Part shown: one piece after another, positions 51,186 to 59,846 of the stretch
Layout of the letters: each line of letters begins with the position of its first letter
Numbering within the stretch: the first letter of the stretch is position 1
IMG/VR virus record: IMGVR_UViG_2547132519_000001
Location: 70,299-134,298 of that record
Origin: a virus
Lineage: Duplodnaviria > Caudoviricetes
Strand: one strand, 5' to 3'
Length of the DNA: 64,000 bases
Notes under the pieces: model-generated
Databases searched by the model: none
Seen by the model: only the letters and a program-made list of their open reading frames with translations
What the model was told of the DNA's origin: nothing
Translations under genes and position numbers: made by a program

Positions 51186-51785
51186 TTAAATGTTGCTTCC
51201 ATTTCTGCACCAACGAACAAAATTTTCACAGTTATTAGAGAACAAATCGTAACCAGAAAGTCCTTCTTTTAAATACGCTCTGGTAACAACTTCGCAAATT
51301 TCATAAATAATCGGACTATCCGATGAGGACAAACGATATAAAACATATCCATTTTTAAAGTTTTCGAGAGAAGTGCGGTGAATCATTATGTCGAAATCGT
51401 TTTTGGAGAAATGCATAACTTCGTCTCCGCCAAGATATAGTCCGTGATGACTGTATAAGCCCTTATTAATAAAAAGATGATCTCCTTCTGTTAATTTGGA
51501 GGAGTCAATAATTTTTGTACCTGAATACAGGTGTGAAGCGTTACCAATAGTTTCATTAATATTTTCTGCTTTATCACATAATAAGTTAACCGATTTTACA
51601 ATTGGTTCAAATATTGTGTCTTCAGAAAGAAATTCGGTCATTGACCGTGCATCATTAAGCATTTTGCGGTGTTTATCACGGCGCTGTTCTTGCTCAAATT
51701 TAGCCTGATCAACCGTAAATTCAATCGCATATTTTATGTCACCAATTTTGTCAGTAATTGCTTCAAAAATATCGTCTATGAACAT
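51186..51785 (-). CDS. LRAT-like (permuted NlpC/P60) protein
   Basis: GDHL, YSHHGLYLG, VMHF, YDLFSNNCENFVRWC; promoter TTGACA-N17-TATCTT at 51817-51845 (minus). Confidence 0.85.
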   Translation of the reverse strand: MFIDDIFEAITDKIGDIKYAIEFTVDQAKFEQEQRRDKHRKMLNDARSMTEFLSEDTIFEPIVKSVNLLCDKAENINETIGNASHLYSGTKIIDSSKLTEGDHLFINKGLYSHHGLYLGGDEVMHFSKNDFDIMIHRTSLENFKNGYVLYRLSSSDSPIIYEICEVVTRAYLKEGLSGYDLFSNNCENFVRWCRNGSNI

Positions 51786-51919
51786 ATAGGCCTCCGTATT
51801 AGTTATTATGTTACATAAGATAAACTATTATTATCGAGTTGTCAATATTATGAACGATATAATGCTTCAATATAACCTGCGTATTAGGCAATTAAGTAAA
51901 TGAAAGAGAGGATTTATTT

Positions 51920-52072
51920 ATGGAAAGTAGAACTGTATCAGGTATAGGATTTGGTAGCGCTTTGGCGATAGTTTTATCATGGACAACATGGCACAGCATA
52001 TGGTGGGCGATACTACACGGAATATTTAGTTGGTTTTATGTTATCTACTATGCGATTAATTATATGGGATGA
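51920..52072 (+). CDS. small membrane protein (50 aa)
   Basis: Read by hand: MESRTVSGIGFGSALAIVLSWTTWHSIWWAILHGIFSWFYVIYY; bracketed by junction motifs at 51901 and 52070. Confidence 0.7.
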   Translation: MESRTVSGIGFGSALAIVLSWTTWHSIWWAILHGIFSWFYVIYYAINYMG

Positions 52073-52104
52073 AAGTAACGATTTATTGAGAAAGGAGGTG
52101 ACGA

Positions 52105-52467
52105 GTGGTGCATCCGAACAGTTTTTTTAAAGAGGCATTTTGTAAAACAGGATTAGATGTTTTTGAAATATTTGACGAAGATTTAAGATCAAAACTGCAA
52201 AGTATCCATCCTTTAAATTTTCTAAAAAGTAAAATAACATTGCCAGTATACAAGGTTATTTTGGACTACGATACCGAAAACGACAATCATAAAACGGTTG
52301 AAAGGTATATGGTAATGGATAGTAAGCTTGAAGAAGAATTTGCTGACATGTGGGCAGATATTTATTGCAGAGATTACAACAATAATCACACAAATAAGCA
52401 AATGAAAAATTTGAGCATTATGAACGTGGAATATATCTGTGACGCTGTGCTACCAATTGGTTGTTAA
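52105..52467 (+). CDS. hypothetical protein
   Basis: 120-aa ORF with AGGAGG SD. Confidence 0.65.
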   Translation: MVHPNSFFKEAFCKTGLDVFEIFDEDLRSKLQSIHPLNFLKSKITLPVYKVILDYDTENDNHKTVERYMVMDSKLEEEFADMWADIYCRDYNNNHTNKQMKNLSIMNVEYICDAVLPIGC

Positions 52468-52643
52468 TGGATGTCAATCGTATTTTAAACCTTTATTTAT
52501 TAAAGGTTGTCACAAGATTATAAGAATGGATCGTTGATTCTAAGTAATCGAAAAAGGGATGTGATAGTGACGTAAAAAGACACTCACTAAGTATGGCTTT
52601 ACCTCATAAAAAGCGAAATTGACTTTTATGAGGAGAATACATA

Positions 52644-53726
52644 TTGACATTAGACATTAACAAGGTTTTGGATAAATTGCCCCAGGACGAAATAATTGTA
52701 AATAACTTTATTAAGGCATGGAAAATAATAAATAACCCAGATTATGAAAAGATAGTTTGTTCTATTTCTGGAGGATCAGATAGTGATGACATGTTGGATA
52801 TTTGCTATAGATGCGACATAAGTAAAAAGATTGATTATGTTTGGTTCAATACGGGTCTGGAGTATGAGGCCACTAAGGAGCACTTAAAACGCCTTGAAGC
52901 TACATACGATATAAAGATAAAAAAGATTAAGGCAATTAAACCGATTCCAGTTTCTTGTAAGAAATATGGACAACCGTTTATTTCAAAGCGTGTAAGCAAT
53001 TACATAGAAAGATTGCAAAAGCATGGATTTAAATGGGAGGATAGACCATTTGATGATTTACTCATTGAGTATTGCAAAGAAATACCTGCAAATGAAGCTA
53101 TTAAAAATGGAAAGCTAAAGAAGAAAATAGCAGAATATAAAGGTAAATATTGGAGAGGGTGTTTCTCAGCTCTTAATTGGTGGTGTGGAACCACAAAATC
53201 AAAGCGTATGAGTATATACCAAAACAAGTGGCTTAAGGAGTTTTTAATATTGAATCCACCAATAGAAATAAAAATATCTGATAAATGTTGTAAAGGGGCC
53301 AAAAAGGATATTATACACAAAATTCTAAAAGAAGGAAATTACGATCTGAACATTTTTGGCATTAGGAAAGCAGAAGGGGGAACGAGGTCTACTGCTTATA
53401 AGAACTGTTTTGATGAAAACTATGATTCTTGCGATAACTATAGGCCATTGTTTTTTTATAAGAATGAAACAAAAACAGTATACGAAAATCATTTCAATAT
53501 TTGCCACAGTGATTGTTATACAAAATATGGATTGAAGAGAACTGGTTGTGCCGGTTGCCCATTTGGTAGAGATTTTGAATTTGAGTTGGAAGTGATTCAG
53601 AAATACGAGCCAAGACTATACACAGCAGTAAATTACATATTTGGGAAAAGTTATGAGTACACAAGAAAATATCGTGAGTTTTGCAAAACAATGAACGAGC
53701 AAGAGAAGCATAATAAGTTGAAATAA
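52644..53726 (+). CDS. PAPS-reductase-family (PP-loop) protein
   Basis: SISGGSDS, NTGLEY, SDKCC, GIRKAEG, RTGCAGCPF. Confidence 0.85.
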   Translation: MTLDINKVLDKLPQDEIIVNNFIKAWKIINNPDYEKIVCSISGGSDSDDMLDICYRCDISKKIDYVWFNTGLEYEATKEHLKRLEATYDIKIKKIKAIKPIPVSCKKYGQPFISKRVSNYIERLQKHGFKWEDRPFDDLLIEYCKEIPANEAIKNGKLKKKIAEYKGKYWRGCFSALNWWCGTTKSKRMSIYQNKWLKEFLILNPPIEIKISDKCCKGAKKDIIHKILKEGNYDLNIFGIRKAEGGTRSTAYKNCFDENYDSCDNYRPLFFYKNETKTVYENHFNICHSDCYTKYGLKRTGCAGCPFGRDFEFELEVIQKYEPRLYTAVNYIFGKSYEYTRKYREFCKTMNEQEKHNKLK

Positions 53727-53730
53727 TACT

Positions 53731-54078
53731 TTGATTGGCAGATTGGAGGTGTTCGTACTGGAAGAGTTTTTACCGATGCTAAGTGAGTTATTAGCTGATG
53801 AATTACTAGAAAAGCATGTTGTTAACCAGTGTAGTGATACAGCTCCACAGTATATTATTAATATGCTGAGAAGGTATCATATTACTTATGATGACAAAAC
53901 CAAGGATTATTTAAAAATAGCATATCAAGTAAAGGAAATTTATAAATGTGTAGATTGGACTGTTGATTCACGTGGCAATCATACTGAAGAAGCAATTGGT
54001 TACATGGCATTGCTTGAGGCTATATGCGGGATAAGATATGCAAATAAGTTCCAGTGTTTGATAATGGAATTACCTTAA
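53731..54078 (+). CDS. hypothetical protein
   Basis: 115-aa ORF between junction motifs at 53719 and 54076. Confidence 0.55.
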   Translation: MIGRLEVFVLEEFLPMLSELLADELLEKHVVNQCSDTAPQYIINMLRRYHITYDDKTKDYLKIAYQVKEIYKCVDWTVDSRGNHTEEAIGYMALLEAICGIRYANKFQCLIMELP

Positions 54079-54103
54079 AACAAACCATTCAAATAGAAAA
54101 GAG

Positions 54104-54439
54104 GTGATTAATATATACGGAAATGTCGGTGAAAAGTGGGTTCAAATTAAAGAGTTAAAATTGGGAGCTTTAGATCTCAAAGAGATAGGAACTGAATTTA
54201 CAATTAAAGATTACTATTCTGTGCCACACGGCTTTTCTTCAATTGAATATAAGGGTGTTCTGTTATTTATTCCAGATAAGATATTCGAGGAGCACTTTGT
54301 TAAGTGGAGTAAGTATAAACAGTATTATCAGTTGGGAGATCAGATAATGATTAATGCTAACGGGAATTTAAGTACATACACCATTAAATACATAAAGGGT
54401 AACGGAAACTGTATAACACTGGATCTTAAGCATGATTAA
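54104..54439 (+). CDS. hypothetical protein
   Basis: 111-aa ORF. Confidence 0.6.
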   Translation: MINIYGNVGEKWVQIKELKLGALDLKEIGTEFTIKDYYSVPHGFSSIEYKGVLLFIPDKIFEEHFVKWSKYKQYYQLGDQIMINANGNLSTYTIKYIKGNGNCITLDLKHD

Positions 54440-54743
54440 AGATTTAGAATCGAAGCCTGAGATGGACGGGAGTGTGGCTGTGAAAATTGAATTAGAAAAC
54501 GGAAGCCCGATAGAAACCTTAAATTCAGAGGATAAACCGATTCGTGGGAAACGAGCAAAAATAAGTCCATGGCTTTATGACTTTGAGAGTCATGGAATTA
54601 GTGACGAAAAATTAGATGAAGTATTGGAATCATTCATGGTAAAGGATTCGCCTGATTTTAAGCGTGAATATGATTGTATTTGGTGTTCGTCAAGAAAGGA
54701 AAATAGTGATGAAAATAATTTACAAGCCAAGAGGAAGGGGTAA
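54432..54743 (+). CDS. hypothetical protein
   Basis: 103-aa ORF overlapping its neighbours. Confidence 0.55.
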   Translation: MIKDLESKPEMDGSVAVKIELENGSPIETLNSEDKPIRGKRAKISPWLYDFESHGISDEKLDEVLESFMVKDSPDFKREYDCIWCSSRKENSDENNLQAKRKG

Positions 54744-55013
54744 AACAACCCAATTATTATATAGCAGTGACACAACGAGGATTCCTATTTTAGTAGCAAC
54801 AGAAATGCAGAAGAGATTGTTGATTGATGAGGCTCAAAGACTAGAGCTAAATATTCCACAGCCTTTATCAGTAGCAGATATCAAAACGGCGATCAAAGAG
54901 GAGGTCGAACTGAATCTTGTTATGTAGATAATGCTGAAATGGTATTGTCGAGTCTGATTAATATGAATGTAGCAGCTTTAACATTGTCAGATGAAGAAGA
55001 GAAAGTTAAATAA
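54709..55013 (+). pseudogene. small P-loop-like protein, probably frameshifted
   Basis: PRGRGKTT at the N-terminus; plausible continuation (…YVDNAEMVL…) in another frame. Confidence 0.45.
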
Positions 55014-55059
55014 AAATTATCGGCAAGATAAAATCAACAATTCAAAAGGAGAATGTGAA

Positions 55060-55257
55060 ATGAGTAATAAGAACACAGAAAAACAGTTTCAAAAAACGGC
55101 AGATGATATTGTTAAAAAGGTTAGATTAGATGGTATGAGAGCTGGAGCAACGGGTATCCTTGGGGCCGTGTTGAATATGTGTAATGAAGGGAAAAGTATT
55201 ACTGATATCAAATCGTTCTGTGAGAAGTCGCTAAACTTTAATGGTATGAAGCAGTAA
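55060..55257 (+). CDS. hypothetical protein
   Basis: ORF track 54991..55257; ATG after AAGGAG. Confidence 0.6.
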   Translation: MSNKNTEKQFQKTADDIVKKVRLDGMRAGATGILGAVLNMCNEGKSITDIKSFCEKSLNFNGMKQ

Positions 55258-55276
55258 TTTAAAAGGAGAAAATTAT

Positions 55277-55549
55277 ATGAGATATATTTCGGATGATAAC
55301 AAGGTATTTGATTCAGAACAAGAATGTTTAGATCATGAAAAGGTTTTGAACGAAGAAAAATTCAAAAGAGAGAAGTTGGTAGCAGAAAAAAATAGACGCC
55401 AAGAAGAAGTAATAAAATCTTATAAAGAATTTTCTGATTTGTTAAAAAGATACTCTAATGATTATGATGAGCCTATATCTGTAAAAAACGATTTAAATGT
55501 TTTGAGTACGTTTAATAGATATTTTCCTGGAAGAATATTGTATAGATAA
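55277..55549 (+). CDS. hypothetical phage protein
   Basis: 90-aa ORF, FDSEQECLDHE. Confidence 0.65.
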   Translation: MRYISDDNKVFDSEQECLDHEKVLNEEKFKREKLVAEKNRRQEEVIKSYKEFSDLLKRYSNDYDEPISVKNDLNVLSTFNRYFPGRILYR

Positions 55550-55599
55550 ATAAATCGGAAGTTTTATATATAAAAATCGAAAAACAAGGAGAAGATTCA

Positions 55600-55833
55600 A
55601 TGGAGAGAAAAGAATTTAATACTACAGGAGTGAACAAGGCTGGACTAAACGAAGATGTCACCGTATTTTTCGGTACAATGAGAGGGAATACTACATGGTT
55701 TGCTAAGAATATAAGGGGAGTATCATGTAAAATAACCAAAAGTAAAAAGGGCATCTTTAAATATGGGAAGGGAAAATATGGATTTGAAATTTCAGATGAG
55801 AACGTGACCGGTTATATTGGTGTAGATCTTTAG
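55600..55833 (+). CDS. hypothetical protein
   Basis: 77-aa ORF with SD. Confidence 0.6.
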   Translation: MERKEFNTTGVNKAGLNEDVTVFFGTMRGNTTWFAKNIRGVSCKITKSKKGIFKYGKGKYGFEISDENVTGYIGVDL

Positions 55834-55919
55834 AAAATTGAAATATGCGGATACTTGGTTGTCTGAATTAATTGGAAACATTAAAACAAAATATAATGGA
55901 TTAGAGGTGAACAGCTAAA

Positions 55920-56300
55920 GTGACAAATAAAGAAGCCGTTAATGCAATCAAATGTAACTATCCTCCGAGTAGTTATTCTATGCTCAGAGAGGCATTAGAT
56001 ATGTCAATATCATTATTAGAACAGGGGGGAAATGAAAGGTGGATTCCTGTAAATGAAAGATTGCCAGATGAACATGAGGAGGTTAGAGACATATATGATG
56101 TGGAATCATTAGCGTTAGTCGATACAGAGAACTTTTCTGCTTCTGATTTAGTATTGGTTACGGTAAAAGATAATGAAAAAGATGAACTTTTTGTTAGTGA
56201 CGATGTAATCGTGAATGGAAAGTGGTCTAATTTTGGGGTAATGGATACTTTTAATGTAATTGCGTGGAAACCAATGCCAGAAGCGTATATAGGAGAATAG
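55920..56300 (+). CDS. DUF551-like phage protein
   Basis: WIPVNERLP ... VIAWKPMPEAY. Confidence 0.7.
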   Translation: MTNKEAVNAIKCNYPPSSYSMLREALDMSISLLEQGGNERWIPVNERLPDEHEEVRDIYDVESLALVDTENFSASDLVLVTVKDNEKDELFVSDDVIVNGKWSNFGVMDTFNVIAWKPMPEAYIGE

Positions 56301-56683
56301 AATAGTCACGGGATTTTATTTGGAGGAAAAAAATTGATTAAAGTTATTAATATATTGACTGCAATCTTATGCCTTTTTGCATCAATCGTTTGTTTTGTTT
56401 CTGGCTATATTGGTTCAGGTATAATTAATTTTATTATTGCAGCATTGAACATGACACTCGCTATGACATTAAATAGTTAATTATCCAATAAGTAACGCAA
56501 GAAAATGTTTGAAGAAGCTTTGAATGATTTTCCGACTGATAATGCTATTAGCATTGAATTGGCAATATTACGAAAAGGTTATTACAATCCGCACTCTTGG
56601 GGATTTGCAGAAGAAGAAAGACTTATACCTGTGGCAATGGCAGTGAAGGGTTTTTATTGTGAATTAAAGAAAGGAGTTTATGC

Positions 56684-57157
56684 TTGCAATTAAGAGAGTA
56701 TTTAACAAGTAATAAAATAACTATTGAACATGATTTTAGTTCAACTACATATGGAAATCTGGAAAATGTATTGGGTAAAGAGGTGTGGATTTGTGATTAC
56801 CGATGTGGTGAAGATATATTCAAGAAACCAATTAGAAGTATTTCACCAATAAAAGTAAAAGTATTTAATGCGGAAACATCTCGAAAGAATATTTATCATT
56901 CGCCAATTTACTTTAAAGAAATTAAAGGCGATAAAATTTTGAGTTCTGAAATTGCTCCATGTGACAATACGGGTTATCGTGGACGATCTGGAGTAAGTGT
57001 TAATATATTCGAATCCGAGTCAGAGTGTCAGAGGTGTTATGGGAATCAACTAATGAAAGCAAAAGAACAATATGATAAGGAATTTTTAAATATCAAGAGT
57101 TTGTATGATGAAAAAATTTTCTGGATTATAAGCCAAATTAAAGGAGGGAACCATTGA
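56684..57157 (+). CDS. hypothetical phage protein
   Basis: 157-aa ORF with SD. Confidence 0.65.
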   Translation: MQLREYLTSNKITIEHDFSSTTYGNLENVLGKEVWICDYRCGEDIFKKPIRSISPIKVKVFNAETSRKNIYHSPIYFKEIKGDKILSSEIAPCDNTGYRGRSGVSVNIFESESECQRCYGNQLMKAKEQYDKEFLNIKSLYDEKIFWIISQIKGGNH

Positions 57158-57783
57158 GTTATACAGATATTTTAGGAAGAGAACTTCACGATGGAGATAT
57201 TTGTGTAGGTAAGGGAACAGGTAGGAATGTAAGGGGAATGGACATTGGAATATGGTCAGGTAAATCAATTGCTTTCAAAGGCGGTAATAAGCGTTCCATG
57301 GGAGACGTATTCCTTGTAGCTAATCCTACAGAAGAAGAGTTGGTAATCAAAAGAGAAATTGAATTATCTCTTCAGAAGATTGAAAATGAACGACAGGAAC
57401 GAGACTCTATGAATACCATTCCATTATCCAAACTTGAAGTGGGCGGAATTTACAAGTGCACAAATGGAAGTCACTACGTGTATCTTGGTAAACGGAAAGT
57501 AACGCTGAAAAATTTAAATTATCATCAGAAAAAGGAAGTTGTGCAGGAAGGTCATTGTTTTGTATTTGTCTGTGAAAGCTATACAGACGAAGCGATTAAA
57601 AAAGCTATTTTGAGTATTGGTACATATCATGGGAATCATTCGATTGCAGTATTGAAGGGTGGTAAGAAGCTTACGGATTTTGTAAGAAAGGCTGATTTGC
57701 ATTTTCCTATGGAGAACGAAGTAGAAAACCATTCTAGTTCAAGATACAGCTTCAGTTATCACTACAAATTGATTGTTGAGTAG
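57154..57783 (+). CDS. hypothetical phage protein
   Basis: 209-aa ORF with GGAGG SD. Confidence 0.65.
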   Translation: MSYTDILGRELHDGDICVGKGTGRNVRGMDIGIWSGKSIAFKGGNKRSMGDVFLVANPTEEELVIKREIELSLQKIENERQERDSMNTIPLSKLEVGGIYKCTNGSHYVYLGKRKVTLKNLNYHQKKEVVQEGHCFVFVCESYTDEAIKKAILSIGTYHGNHSIAVLKGGKKLTDFVRKADLHFPMENEVENHSSSRYSFSYHYKLIVE

Positions 57784-57793
57784 GAGGCGATTT

Positions 57794-57979
57794 ATGAACA
57801 TCGGGTATGGTAAATTTAATGATAAAGTGAGGAACCAGATTTGCCCTATGTGCGGTAAAGACATTTATGTACATAAATATGGAAGAAATTTTGCGTGTGT
57901 AAATATTGATTGTCCTTTGGGACATGAAGCAAAAGAACTCGTGGAAAAGATAAATAAAATAATATATATGATTAATTAG
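57794..57979 (+). CDS. small Zn-ribbon protein
   Basis: CPMCG...CVNIDC; ATG after GGAGG. Confidence 0.55.
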   Translation: MNIGYGKFNDKVRNQICPMCGKDIYVHKYGRNFACVNIDCPLGHEAKELVEKINKIIYMIN

Positions 57980-58003
57980 AATTGAACTTTAAAGGAGGAA
58001 TAT

Positions 58004-58180
58004 ATGGAATTAATTTCAGTCAAAGATAGATTACCAACGAAAAGCAAGCCATATTTAGTGCAATTTGTGAATTATAAGCACGTGTGGTTCGAAGTAATCC
58101 ACTTTCAAGCAAAGTGTAAAAAGTGGAAAAGGTTAAGTCACTTAGTGGTTGCGTGGTGTGACTTACCAGAATCAATTTGA
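58004..58180 (+). CDS. small DUF551-like protein
   Basis: Read by hand: MELISVKDRLP...VVAWCDLPE. Confidence 0.55.
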   Translation: MELISVKDRLPTKSKPYLVQFVNYKHVWFEVIHFQAKCKKWKRLSHLVVAWCDLPESI

Positions 58181-58268
58181 ACCAATTAAGATAAATACAA
58201 TGTTTCTACTTATATCATATCAAGAAAAATCCCAACAATTTTACAATTAAATATAGGAGGCAAAAACG

Positions 58269-58469
58269 ATTAAAGGAATTATTTATGCTGAAGATTTAGC
58301 TATGGAATTATTAAAATATCCCAGGGCTTTGGTTTGTGCTGGCAAAATTGGGTCAGATTCATATAGAAATGACAGAAAAATAGAGAATGTATATTTGAGA
58401 GATGGGAATACCGTTGTCTTGAATGTAGAAAATTACGATGACAATGGAGAATTAAAATATTACAGATAG
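58269..58469 (+). CDS. hypothetical protein, ATT start
   Basis: 66-codon open frame after GGAGG SD. Confidence 0.5.
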   Translation: MKGIIYAEDLAMELLKYPRALVCAGKIGSDSYRNDRKIENVYLRDGNTVVLNVENYDDNGELKYYR

Positions 58470-58479
58470 GAGGAAACAA

Positions 58480-59067
58480 ATGCATATTAGCAATGTAAAT
58501 ATTTATGGATTTGAAAATGCCATTAGAGCTAGTAAGTTTCCAATGGCGGTTAATGCGGAAGATTGTACAAAAGAATTAACGAAAACTACTACAAGATTAG
58601 GCTCCTGTAAATCAGGCACGGGTCACGATAACTTCCTTAAGGGGATAGTGGTTCAGTTTGACATGAGATTCTCTAATAAAATGTCCGTCGAACTCGAAAG
58701 ATACCACTTTATTGATTTTATTTCTAGTCAATCCACAATGCATCGAATTACAAAATTCAAGCTTAAAGAGCAATGTAACGAGTATGTGGATCAGAGAATT
58801 ATTGATGTTGTTCAGGAAATGATTGATGTCTATAACGGATTAATGGATAAGGGGACTGATTTTGCAAAGGACTTATATTTGAGGATTTTATACAATGTTC
58901 CGTCTGGGTTTGAATTAACTGCTGGTTTCACTACAAACTATCAGCAATTAAAAACCATCTATTGGCAGCGCAAAAATCATCGTCTCCCAGAGTGGCGAGA
59001 GTTTTGTAAATGGGTAGAAACTTTGCCGAAGTTTGGAGAATTAGTATTAGGAGGTGAAAATAATTGA
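58480..59067 (+). CDS. divergent ThyX-like protein
   Basis: GHDNFL, ELERYH...SQSTMH, NYQQL, RKNHRLPEW; sits in the nucleotide-metabolism cluster. Confidence 0.55.
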   Translation: MHISNVNIYGFENAIRASKFPMAVNAEDCTKELTKTTTRLGSCKSGTGHDNFLKGIVVQFDMRFSNKMSVELERYHFIDFISSQSTMHRITKFKLKEQCNEYVDQRIIDVVQEMIDVYNGLMDKGTDFAKDLYLRILYNVPSGFELTAGFTTNYQQLKTIYWQRKNHRLPEWREFCKWVETLPKFGELVLGGENN

Positions 59068-59591
59068 TCGTAATTTTAGGAGAGAGTGCTAGTGGTAAAT
59101 CTACAGTGCAGGATATCTTATGTAAGAATTATGGATATGTAAGACTAATTACGTACACAACAAGAAGTCCAAGGAAAGGCGAAGAAAACGGAGTAGATTA
59201 TCATTTTATTTCAGAAGATACATTTGAAGAAATGAGCAGAAAAGGAGAGTTTTGTGAAACGGCAGAATACAATGGTTGGCACTATGCAACTGCGAAAGCT
59301 GATTGTACTAATAATAAAGTAGTCGTACTTACACCCCACGGACTGAGGCAGATGAAAAAAATTGTTGATCTTACTCTTGATGCTTTCTATATTAATGTAC
59401 CGAGAAGAGATAGACTCGTCAAAATCTTACAGCGAGGTGACAATATTGAAGAAGCATATCGTAGATCTCTTTCTGACGTTGGTCAGTTTGATGGAATTGG
59501 TGATGAGGTTGATTTGGTGATATGCAATCCAGGTTATGAAAAGAGTCCGAAAGAAATTGCAGAGGAGATTATTAGCAGATTAAGGAGATGA
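59064..59591 (+). CDS. gmk: guanylate kinase-like protein
   Basis: GESASGKS, TTRSPRKGEENGVDYHF. Confidence 0.9.
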   Translation: MIVILGESASGKSTVQDILCKNYGYVRLITYTTRSPRKGEENGVDYHFISEDTFEEMSRKGEFCETAEYNGWHYATAKADCTNNKVVVLTPHGLRQMKKIVDLTLDAFYINVPRRDRLVKILQRGDNIEEAYRRSLSDVGQFDGIGDEVDLVICNPGYEKSPKEIAEEIISRLRR

Positions 59592-59622
59592 AAGATGGTT
59601 TTCAATGGAAGTGAGGTAAGGT

Positions 59623-59835
59623 ATGGTATTTGAGCAAAATTGTTTAGCCACATATAAGGGAGAAAATAATCCCATGGGTTTTACCAAGGGACATATTTAC
59701 GCAGTTATAGTTGAGCAAAAGGAACATGGCTGTGAATTATCTGTATATCACGATACAACAATTAATCATGATTTTGTAAAAGAAAAAATCCCATATACGA
59801 ACGAGAAGAGTATACAACATTTTTGGGAGTTTTAA
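59623..59835 (+). CDS. hypothetical protein
   Basis: 70-aa ORF with SD. Confidence 0.55.
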   Translation: MVFEQNCLATYKGENNPMGFTKGHIYAVIVEQKEHGCELSVYHDTTINHDFVKEKIPYTNEKSIQHFWEF

Positions 59836-59846
59836 GGAGGAACTGA

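Larger units (their letters stand above)
10..59604. repeat. Dispersed 16-bp quasi-palindromic junction motif T(R)AA(A)-N6-(W)TT(N)A, ~36 copies at gene/module boundaries
   Basis: Copies start at 10, 342, 919, 1179, 1436, 2722, 3112, 4052, 4642, 5263, 6617, 11734, 16350, 19862, 19894, 20350, 21392, 21736, 21936, 25478, 30800, 41472, 43411, 45825, 46276, 47734, 48762, 49713, 51154, 51901, 52070, 53719, 54076, 55551, 57977, 59589. Examples: TGAAATTCCTGTTTCA (30800), TGAAATACGAGTTTCA (46276), TGAAATGACGATTTCA (51154). Three copies have a TAGA left arm. Confidence 0.75.

Noticed and set aside
54432-54743. Terminase-like words (IRGKRA, FKREY..W)
   Set aside because: ORF is only 103 aa, with no Walker motifs or packaging context.
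15389-58207. Weaker junction-motif candidates (15389, 15759, 45594, 52472, 52613, 56303, 58192)
   Set aside because: One arm deviates. Excluded from the count because such matches are frequent in AT-rich DNA.
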